Shown piece after piece: positions 39,598 to 46,873 of a stretch of 64,000 bases of DNA; positions within the stretch are counted from its first letter, which is position 1; every line of letters starts with the position of its first letter. The notes under the pieces are model-generated. The model made no database searches. It was not told where the DNA came from and saw nothing but the letters and a program-made list of their open reading frames with translations. The DNA comes from Bacteroidota bacterium (lineage in GTDB: Bacteria > Bacteroidota > Ignavibacteria > UBA10030 > SZUA-254), in assembly GCA_049515655.1 (NCBI GenBank), contig JBEKTW010000012.1, positions 8,904 to 72,903 of the forward strand, in the 5' to 3' direction. The translations under genes and the position numbers were made by a program.

Positions 39598-39770
39598 AAA
39601 AATCCTCCCCAACTGTCGAACAATTGAACGACCAAACGATCCAACGATTCAACAACCGAACAATCCAACTACCCAACTACTTAACTACGCAACCACACAA
39701 CTGTACGTTATTCAACGCCCGAACGATCTAACGACCCAACTATTTAACTACTCAACTACGTAACTGTAAG
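39598..39770. repeat. 8-bp-period array (NAACNANN / CAACTAYN), about 20 units, inverted relative to the 39103-39174 array
   Basis: gaacgacc aaacgatc caacgatt caacaacc ... caactacc caactact taactacg. The reverse complement of 39103-39174 aligns with it (shared ccaaacga, gaacgatccaac, caactat). Confidence 0.65.
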
Positions 39771-40751
39771 TTATTCAACAGCACCCAAAACGAGCGAGAT
39801 CAACCCCATTTTCAGGACGACGCCGTAGAATGCTTCCTGCCAGTAGCGCGCCCAGCGGGTAATGTCGACGTCCGGAGGAATCTCATCCATGCGTGGAAGC
39901 GAGTGGAGTAATATCATATCACTCTTTGCCTTGCTCATCAATAGCTCGCGCGTGATCTTGAAATTCGCCGGCGTGAGCGGTCGATCCTTCGTGGCTTCCT
40001 GTCGCGACTGCGAATAATCGGCCTGGATCACCGGCTCGACCAGAATCACATCGGCGTTCGCGATCGCCTGCTCGACGTGCTCCGCTTCGCTAAAGTTAAG
40101 TCCGTACTTCTTGAAATCCGCCTTGTATTCTTCCGGCATTCGCATGTCGGGCGAGTTTGGGAAAAGCGCATTCGGGGCCGGGCCGACGAAAGTGATGGGA
40201 CAATCGAATTGTGTAAGCGCATATCCGAGCGAGTGCATCGTGCGCATTCGCATGTCCCCAACGGCAAGCCAGCGCAGACCGTCAATGCGTCCGCGTTCGC
40301 GGAGGACCGTATAGAGGTCGGTGAGAATCTGGGTCGGGTGTTCGCCCCAGCCGTCACCGCCGTTGATGATCGGTACAGACGACCATTTCGCGGCCTCGTG
40401 CGGCGCCCCTTTCTGAAAATGGCGCATTGCAATCACGTCACCGTAGAACTCGAGCATCTTCACGGTGTCTTTGATGCTCTCCTGATAGTAATCGCCGGCG
40501 CGCGTCATTTTGGCGTCGGCAAAACCAGTAACGTGTCCGCCGAGGCGGTGCATGGCGGCTTCGTGGGAAAGACGCGTGCGCGTGCTGGGCTGATAGAACG
40601 CAGTCACGAGCGTCTTACCCTTGAGCATATCACTGTTCTGGCGATTGCGGGCGATCGGCTCCAGACGTTCCGCAATTTCAAACACGCGGAGGAACTCGCT
40701 TCGTTCAAATTCTTTAAGCGACAGAATGTCGCGACCGATGAAACTACGCAT
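39771..40751 (-). CDS. transcarbamylase (ATCase/OTCase superfamily), paralog 2
   Basis: STRTR motif (FYQPSTRTRLSHEAA), HPTQ, and an HSLP variant of the HPLP/HCLP motif. 326 aa. Confidence 0.8.
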   Translation of the reverse strand: MRSFIGRDILSLKEFERSEFLRVFEIAERLEPIARNRQNSDMLKGKTLVTAFYQPSTRTRLSHEAAMHRLGGHVTGFADAKMTRAGDYYQESIKDTVKMLEFYGDVIAMRHFQKGAPHEAAKWSSVPIINGGDGWGEHPTQILTDLYTVLRERGRIDGLRWLAVGDMRMRTMHSLGYALTQFDCPITFVGPAPNALFPNSPDMRMPEEYKADFKKYGLNFSEAEHVEQAIANADVILVEPVIQADYSQSRQEATKDRPLTPANFKITRELLMSKAKSDMILLHSLPRMDEIPPDVDITRWARYWQEAFYGVVLKMGLISLVLGAVE

Positions 40752-40831
40752 TGTGAAATTCTCCTTTTGTTTTGATGATTACCATTTTCAAACACTCTAC
40801 TCAGGCTCTTGGCTGTTAGCCCTTGGATTAC

Positions 40832-41383
40832 TTACACAATTTCCGACAACAATTCCTTCCTTGGCTGCGGGATAACGACCTTATTGACGAGAAGTCCTTT
40901 CTCCGCAACGATCGCCGCACCCGCGTCGACTGCCGATTGGACGGCGGCGACTTCGCCCGTCAGCGTGAGAAAGGCCTTTCCCCCCAGCGCCATGGCAAGC
41001 CGGATTTCGATCAATTGCACGCGCGCGGCCTTGACGGCGGCGTCGGCGGCTTCGATGAGCGCTGCCACGGAAAATGACTCCACAATCCCCAATGCTTCGA
41101 GCAGGTCGACTTTACTCGTGCCGCCGATTGCGGGAAAAACCGCGGCGTGCACATTCGGGATGACGAACGTGTCAATCACCGAACCCTGTGCAGCGACGCA
41201 TCCCGCTTCGACACTCGAGGTCACTGCGGCGACATCTCCCCCGACAAGCACCATGTACTTGCCCGAGCAGATTGTCCGCGAAAGGATGATTTCCACTTCC
41301 GCTGCTTTGAGCATTGCATCGGCGGCCTGGTAACCCGCCGCAATGCTCGTGAGTTCGATGAGGCCGATGGAGGTCTTAGTCAT
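40832..41383 (-). CDS. pduT: tandem BMC-domain shell protein, PduT-like (BMC-T with the single conserved pore cysteine)
   Basis: Two BMC domains (IGLIELTSIAAGYQAADAMLKAAEVEIIL...GGDVAAVTSSVEAG and LGIVESFSVAALIEAADAAVKAARVQLIEI...TGEVAAVQSAVDAG). The TICSGK motif corresponds to the [4Fe-4S]-ligating Cys of PduT. 183 aa. Confidence 0.85.
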   Translation of the reverse strand: MTKTSIGLIELTSIAAGYQAADAMLKAAEVEIILSRTICSGKYMVLVGGDVAAVTSSVEAGCVAAQGSVIDTFVIPNVHAAVFPAIGGTSKVDLLEALGIVESFSVAALIEAADAAVKAARVQLIEIRLAMALGGKAFLTLTGEVAAVQSAVDAGAAIVAEKGLLVNKVVIPQPRKELLSEIV

Positions 41384-41453
41384 AAAAACGTTCCATGATT
41401 GACGATGGATGATTGATGTCGGCCTTTAGCCCTTGGCTTCTGGCCTTTGGCAT
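41384..41453. repeat. low-complexity repeat (gatgattga units plus ggcctttagcccttggcttctggcctttggc)
   Basis: The reverse complement of 41811-41847 is about 85% identical to 41421-41451. The two flank four-helix-bundle gene copy 2 as inverted repeats. Confidence 0.6.
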
Positions 41454-41810
41454 TTAACTCTTAGAGATTTTCGATATCAGGGCGTTCGTCATCTTTTGCT
41501 CTGACGTCAGTAATCCTGCAACTTTTTCCACTTTCTCGGCTGGGACAAGACAGAGCTCTTGAAGAATCTGTATTTGAGTCTCAAGTTCAAACGCAGAGCC
41601 CATTGATAGCTCCAAGAATCTTTTGAATTCAATCTCACTATTTCTGCTACAGCCTTCTGCGATATTGGACGGAATTGAAACTGCGGCCCTGCACATTTGA
41701 GCCTTCAATCCGTACTGTTCTTCTTTCGGAAGTAATTTCGCAAGATCATACACTTGCTTCACAATCTCAATTCCATCCCTCCAAATAGTCAATTTTCTGA
41801 AGTCTCTCAT
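41454..41810 (-). CDS. four-helix-bundle protein (23S rRNA IVS protein family), copy 2
   Basis: MRDFRKLTIWRDGIEIVKQVYDLAKLLPKEEQYGLKAQMCRAAVSIPSNIAEGCSRNS..FKRFLELSMGSAFELETQIQIL is a textbook family match. About 43% GC. Confidence 0.85.
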   Translation of the reverse strand: MRDFRKLTIWRDGIEIVKQVYDLAKLLPKEEQYGLKAQMCRAAVSIPSNIAEGCSRNSEIEFKRFLELSMGSAFELETQIQILQELCLVPAEKVEKVAGLLTSEQKMTNALISKISKS

Positions 41811-41847
41811 CTTGCCTCCCAAAAGCCAAGAGCCAATGGCTAATAGC
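41811..41847. repeat. inverted partner of repeat 41421-41451 (ccaaaagccaagagccaatggctaatagc)
   Basis: Contains the 15-mer ccaatggctaatagc, whose exact reverse complement gctattagccattgg occurs in the 45438-45543 repeat. Confidence 0.55.
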
Positions 41848-43192
41848 TTTCTATTGTCACACTCTTCCCCACACTCTTCACCACTCCGTCAATACTCGCA
41901 TGCACTCTCGCCCCGAGTTTTCCTTCGGGAATTTCTCCGATGCACTGGCCTTTCACGACCATGTCGCCGGGGCGGACGATCGCGAGCGCCGGAAATCCCA
42001 TGTGCTGGGAGAGCGGAATCTCGACCTTCGACACCGTGATGTGCTTTTTGATGAACTCCGAGGGATGGTCGTAGTCGGTCACACCGAGACGTTTCACGAG
42101 TTGCCTCAGCGGCGTTCGCCTCCCCTCATACATGGGATGAGGTTGAACGTCCATATTCCCCGACCATTTGATTCCCTGTTCCTTCAAATCGTGTTTTGCC
42201 TTGTCGCAAGCTTCTTTGGGAAACAGGCTTTCAGGACACGCGTACAACGTGCAGAGCCCGCACGAGCAGCAGAGCTCTGCGTACTGATTCCAGATATTCT
42301 CTCCGGTCGTTGTAAACGAGAGACTCCGCATCACTTTGTGCGGCTGGATGTCGTAGCCGAGGAGGTAGCGCGGACACAATTCCGTGCAGTACGTGCACTG
42401 GTCACATGCTGATTTCCCTATCCGGTGCATCGATTTTTCCGGTTGACGCTTCCGCTGCACAAGAGTATGCTCAATCGGAAGAACCACCAAACCCGCCACC
42501 GTCTTTGTGATGGGAAGGTCAAGATTAAACTCCAATCTCCCCATCATGACACCGCCGACGAAGACCGCGAATCCCTTCGAGCCGTCGTAGGAGAACCCGC
42601 CCGCCGCTTCAATCGCTTTCGCGAAACTCATACCGATCGGTGCGAGAAAGGAACCCGGGTTCCTGACGGCGCCTGCGACGGTGAGGAATTTTTCCGTGAC
42701 CGGGTGACCTTCCGCCGCACGGACGATATTGTAGAGAGTCTCGACATTGTTGACCACGACGCCGACGTCGAGCGGAATTCCTTTCGGAGGGATCAGGCGC
42801 TTCGTCGCCTCATACACGAGGATGTATTCATCGCCGGATGGATAGAAATCTCCCAACAGATGGAACTTGGGATTATGCTTGGGATTATTGGCATGATTGG
42901 GATTATTGGAACTTAAGGCCGTGGAGAGTGCGTCGATAGCGAGCTTGTTCTTCTGCTTGATTCCAATGATCCCGGAACCCGCTCCCGTCGATTCCATGAG
43001 GAGTTGCAATCCCCGGACGACTTCCCCCGGATAATGGAGCATCAGTTCATAGTCCTTATGAATCAACGGCTCGCATTCGGCTCCGTTGGCGATGACGCAC
43101 CCGACCTTCGCGGAGGCCTTGACGTGTGCCGGGAATCCGGCTCCGCCCGCGCCGACAACCCCGGCGTTGCGTATTTTCTCTGAAATGCTCAC
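41840..43192 (-). CDS. RnfC/NuoF-like Fe-S flavoprotein, PduS-like
   Basis: GAGGAGFP NADH/FMN-site motif near the N-terminus. Two 4Fe-4S ferredoxin motifs (CDQCTYCTELCP; CCSCGLCTLYACP). 450 aa, GTG start. Lies immediately upstream of the PduT-like gene, as pduS-pduT do in pdu operons. Confidence 0.75.
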   Translation of the reverse strand: MSISEKIRNAGVVGAGGAGFPAHVKASAKVGCVIANGAECEPLIHKDYELMLHYPGEVVRGLQLLMESTGAGSGIIGIKQKNKLAIDALSTALSSNNPNHANNPKHNPKFHLLGDFYPSGDEYILVYEATKRLIPPKGIPLDVGVVVNNVETLYNIVRAAEGHPVTEKFLTVAGAVRNPGSFLAPIGMSFAKAIEAAGGFSYDGSKGFAVFVGGVMMGRLEFNLDLPITKTVAGLVVLPIEHTLVQRKRQPEKSMHRIGKSACDQCTYCTELCPRYLLGYDIQPHKVMRSLSFTTTGENIWNQYAELCCSCGLCTLYACPESLFPKEACDKAKHDLKEQGIKWSGNMDVQPHPMYEGRRTPLRQLVKRLGVTDYDHPSEFIKKHITVSKVEIPLSQHMGFPALAIVRPGDMVVKGQCIGEIPEGKLGARVHASIDGVVKSVGKSVTIESY

Positions 43193-43248
43193 AGATGAAG
43201 ATTCAATTCAGAGGTTAAAATAAGAAACAATGCCGGAAGTTCCAAGAA

Positions 43249-44715
43249 TCAGCCCGCCCTGCCGACTTCGCCGTTGAACTCCTCAATCAGCTTGTCAAAA
43301 TAGGCGACTTCGTCCTCAAAGATTGCCCGCCAGTACCCGGGATCCCATTGTGCGTCCAGTTCTTCGGAAGACTTCCCCTGCTGTTCCACCCACGTGAAGT
43401 ACTTGAGATGGTGAATCGCCTTTCTTTCGTAGTACGTGAGCTCCTTGAAGAAATCGATGCCCTGGTGCAGAAGCGGTCCGGCATGGTCCTTTGCCGCATC
43501 GACGAGGGAATAGCTCCCACGTTCCTCACGAAGTTCTTTCAGCCGGGACCGGTACAATTCAACAGAGTCCGTGAAAATCGTGAAAACCACATCATTGCTC
43601 TTCAACTCGAAGTGCTTTGCCGTTTTTATTGCAGCAAGAAGATTTGAAATGCTCGAAATGCCCAACAGCGGCAGTCGTTCCAACTCGGCAGCCGATACTC
43701 CATTACCCCGAAGGTACTTCTTCCCGGCATCATCATTAAAGAGCCGCAGCACTCTCATGCAATCTTCATCGTCGATGGCAGCCACGGCGTCGGTATTCAG
43801 GACGTTATGAACCCACGGCACATGTTTATCGCCGATCCCTTCGATCCGGTGCGCACCGTATCCGTTCATGAACAGCGTGGGGCACTGCAATGCCTCTGAA
43901 GCAACGACCTTCAGATGCGGAAATTGTTTCTTGAGGTAATCTCCCGCGGCGATCGTTCCTGCTGAACCGGTCGCCGAGATGTACGCGGCAGCGTTTGCAT
44001 TTTTCATATTGAGGGAATGGAACGCTTCTTCTATTGCCGGTCCCGTAACGCTGTAGTGCCAGATCGGGTTGCCAAATTCTTCAAACTGATTGAAAATCAT
44101 GTTGACGGGATCGTTCTTCAGCTCCCAGCATTTGTCGTAAATTTCCTTCACGTTGGATTCGGTCCCGGGTGTCGCAATGACTTCAGCGCCGATCTCTTCC
44201 AGCCATTCGAATCGCTCCTTCGACATTCCCTCGGGCAGGATCGCGACGGCGGTGCAATCCAGCAGCGCGCAATCGAAAGCCCCACCCCGACAGAAATTAC
44301 CGGTCGACGGCCAGACGGCTTTGTGCTCTTCGGGGTCGAACTCACCGCTCACCAGTCGAGGCACGAGGCAGCCGAACGCCGCACCGACTTTGTGCGCTCC
44401 GGTCGGAAAGTATTTCCCGACCATTCCGATGATGCGCGCATCCACCCCCGTTATCGATTTCGGTATTTCGACATAGTTCACAGGTCCGAATGAACCGGTG
44501 CGAATATCATTCTTCCATGATATCCGGAAAAGGTTGAGAGGATTGACGTCCCACAGTCCGACCTTGGAGAGTTTCTTTTTAATCGACGCCGGAATTTTCG
44601 CCGGGTCTCTCATTTGCGCGAAGGTCGGAATCACGATTCCCCGCTTCTTGCATCGACGGGCAGTTTTCTTGATAACTTCCGGGGAAATGTTCTTTATAAT
44701 CTTCGATTTCTTCAT
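43249..44715 (-). CDS. PLP-dependent enzyme, fold type II (tryptophan-synthase-beta/cysteine-synthase superfamily), 488 aa
   Basis: Candidate PLP-lysine region FPTGAHKVGAAFG. Glycine-rich phosphate loop ISATGSAGTIAAG. Exact function unknown. Confidence 0.65.
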   Translation of the reverse strand: MKKSKIIKNISPEVIKKTARRCKKRGIVIPTFAQMRDPAKIPASIKKKLSKVGLWDVNPLNLFRISWKNDIRTGSFGPVNYVEIPKSITGVDARIIGMVGKYFPTGAHKVGAAFGCLVPRLVSGEFDPEEHKAVWPSTGNFCRGGAFDCALLDCTAVAILPEGMSKERFEWLEEIGAEVIATPGTESNVKEIYDKCWELKNDPVNMIFNQFEEFGNPIWHYSVTGPAIEEAFHSLNMKNANAAAYISATGSAGTIAAGDYLKKQFPHLKVVASEALQCPTLFMNGYGAHRIEGIGDKHVPWVHNVLNTDAVAAIDDEDCMRVLRLFNDDAGKKYLRGNGVSAAELERLPLLGISSISNLLAAIKTAKHFELKSNDVVFTIFTDSVELYRSRLKELREERGSYSLVDAAKDHAGPLLHQGIDFFKELTYYERKAIHHLKYFTWVEQQGKSSEELDAQWDPGYWRAIFEDEVAYFDKLIEEFNGEVGRAG

Positions 44716-44969
44716 TTTGATGTCCTCATTTACTATGGTTAATTGATATCAAGCTCTAAGGGGTTCTTCGTTCTTTGTCATTGGTTCTTAGTCATTGGTC
44801 ATTGCTCTCAGCTTTTGGCTCTTAGCTATTGGCTACCAGCTTCTGAATTCTGTCTTCTGTCTACTTGGTTCCTTGTTCTTTGTTATTGGTTCTTCGTTCT
44901 TTGTCATTCGTCACTGGTCATTAGTGCGTTGTTCCTGCTTCCGTCATCCATCTTCCATCATCCATCGTG
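44716..44969. repeat. modular low-complexity repeat (ttctttgtcattggtt..., ttttggctcttagctattggc, cagcttctgaattctgtcttctg)
   Basis: Same orientation and same modules as 45438-45543, making direct repeats that flank the CoA-binding gene. Confidence 0.6.
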
Positions 44970-45437
44970 TCAAATTCTCCCAAACATCCTCATAAGGAAT
45001 CGATGGAAACCGTGCGCTCCTTTCGGATCGACGAACATAAATAGACATCTGCCGGTTATTACCTCTGCGCCGGTGTCCTTTGCAATTTGAATGGATTTCT
45101 GGGTTTCCGACATCTGTTGAAACCAGATAATCTCGAAACGCCTGTTTGCCACTTGTTCCATCAAAGCGTCGGTGGCACGACGGGGAGTCGCCACAAAGAG
45201 ATTCCTTACAGTTTGTGGAATACCTGCAATACTGGGATTGCATGCCACGCCGTCGATTTGAGTCGCTTCGGGGTGAACCGGATGCACCGAATAGCCATGA
45301 GTTCGAAGATGTTCGAAAAGCTTGTATCCAAATTTCTTCTTATCTCTTGATACTCCTGCAATGGCAATGTCTCTGGCCGAGAGGAATTTTTGAATCAGCT
45401 CCGAAGAGGTCATCCGGTCAATCATGTTCTTTGTCAT
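44970..45437 (-). CDS. CoA-binding domain protein (YccU/YneT-like)
   Basis: IAIAGVSRDKKKFGYKLFEHLRTHGYSVHPVHP matches the CoA_binding-domain consensus (IAVVGAS..P.R.G..V...L...GY.V.PVNP). About 48% GC, lower than its flanks. Confidence 0.7.
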   Translation of the reverse strand: MTKNMIDRMTSSELIQKFLSARDIAIAGVSRDKKKFGYKLFEHLRTHGYSVHPVHPEATQIDGVACNPSIAGIPQTVRNLFVATPRRATDALMEQVANRRFEIIWFQQMSETQKSIQIAKDTGAEVITGRCLFMFVDPKGAHGFHRFLMRMFGRI

Positions 45438-45543
45438 TGGTCATTGGTTCTTGCTTTTGGCTTTTGGCTTTTGGCTATTAGCCATTGGCCTTGGGCTGCC
45501 GGCTTCTGAATTCTGTATTCTGACTACTGGGCTTCTAATTGAC
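45438..45543. repeat. modular low-complexity repeat, direct partner of 44716-44969
   Basis: catgttctttgtcattggtcattggttcttgcttttggcttttggcttttggctattagccattggcc...ccggcttctgaattctgtattctg. Confidence 0.6.
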
Positions 45544-46869
45544 TTACAGTCTCTTCCATAACTCCGCCGCACACTCGCGCGCCCGAGCGTTGATACGTTC
45601 TTCGTCGATATTGAGCATCAACCGGCGGCCTTCCATCAATACATTTCCGCTCACAATCGTCGTGTCTACGGCAAACTGCGACGCTCCGAACAACAGATGA
45701 CCGAAGACGTTTGTGCCGTCGATCGGCGTCGTGGCATCATAATCGATGATGGCAATATCGGCAGCACACCCTTCACGCAGCTCTCCCAGCGGGACACCGA
45801 AGATTTGCCCGCCAATCGCCGGATTGTTCACGAAGAGCGCGTTCGTCACCTCGGACCATCCAATCGACGGGTTGCTTCCGCGGAGGTGCTGCATCCAGAG
45901 CGCAACGCGCAATTCTTCAAGCATGTTCGTCGTCATCGCATCCGTTCCGAGCCCGACGCGTATGCCGCGTTTCTGCATGGCAATAATGTCGGCGATTCCC
46001 ACGGCATTGTTCCCGTTCGATTGCGGGTTGTGAACGACCGTTGTACCCGTGCTTGAAAGAATATCCATCTCTTTCTCATCACAGTGCACACAGTGCGCAG
46101 CGATCGTCTGCTGCCCCAGTACATCAAATTTCTTCAACCTTTCAACGACCCGCATGCCGAAATGCTGCTCGGCGTACTCTTCGTCGCTCGCCGCTTCGGC
46201 GACGTGGACGTGAAAACCGGTCTTGAGGTCGCGTCCCAGCCTCGAAGCCGCCTCCAGGGTGTTGTCCGACAAGGTAAACGACGCGTGAAGTCCGAACAGA
46301 GCAGACACCGTGTGATCATTTCGACCCGTGCACTCGCGAATAAACTCTGCATTTTCATCCAATCCCTCTCTCGCAATTCGATCACCATCTCTGTCCGAAA
46401 GTTCATAGCAGAGACAGGCTCGGAGCCCGGTTTCGCGGACCGCCCCCTCGATCGCCTTCAACGAACCGCGGACTGCCCCGGGGCTCGCATGATGGTCGAT
46501 AAGCGTCGTGGTGCCGTGCCGGATAGACTCAATCAGGGCGACGAGCGCGCTGTAGTAGCAGTCTTCGGTTGTGAGCGCGGAATCCAGGCGCCACCAGAGA
46601 TTTTTCAGAACACCGACAAAATCGCCGGCAGGTTTTGCCTTCGTCAGACCTCGTGCAAACGAGCTGTACAAATGCGTATGGGCATTGATGAAACCCGGCA
46701 CAACGAGCTTCCGGCGTGCATCGATTCGCTCGGCCCCCTTTCCAATCTTGTCACCTTCCGGGACAATCCTGCTGATCCGTCCATCCTCGACGAGAACGGA
46801 ATGACCGTGAAGAACCTCGGGCGACTTCCCGAGCGTAACCAACGTTCCATTTTCAATGATAAGTGACAT
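45544..46869 (-). CDS. ssnA: SsnA-family amidohydrolase (chlorohydrolase/aminohydrolase), paralog 1
   Basis: HxH metal motif (PGFINAHTHLY). SsnA-specific block LKNLWWRLDSALTTEDCYYSAL...TTLIDHHASPGAVRGSL. Start set at internal ATG 46869 (MSLIIENG), 5 nt after the upstream gene's stop. Confidence 0.8.
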   Translation of the reverse strand: MSLIIENGTLVTLGKSPEVLHGHSVLVEDGRISRIVPEGDKIGKGAERIDARRKLVVPGFINAHTHLYSSFARGLTKAKPAGDFVGVLKNLWWRLDSALTTEDCYYSALVALIESIRHGTTTLIDHHASPGAVRGSLKAIEGAVRETGLRACLCYELSDRDGDRIAREGLDENAEFIRECTGRNDHTVSALFGLHASFTLSDNTLEAASRLGRDLKTGFHVHVAEAASDEEYAEQHFGMRVVERLKKFDVLGQQTIAAHCVHCDEKEMDILSSTGTTVVHNPQSNGNNAVGIADIIAMQKRGIRVGLGTDAMTTNMLEELRVALWMQHLRGSNPSIGWSEVTNALFVNNPAIGGQIFGVPLGELREGCAADIAIIDYDATTPIDGTNVFGHLLFGASQFAVDTTIVSGNVLMEGRRLMLNIDEERINARARECAAELWKRL

Positions 46870-46873
46870 CGAT

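Noticed and set aside
39103-39770. Short-period tandem repeats as possible CRISPR arrays.
   Set aside because: Units are 8 bp with no unique spacers of 25-40 bp and no cas genes. They are microsatellite-like arrays, not CRISPR.
40832-41383. The BMC protein as evidence for a complete microcompartment locus in this window.
   Set aside because: No BMC-H hexamer, BMC-P pentamer or further shell paralogs are encoded within 64 kb. Only the PduS/PduT-like pair is claimed.
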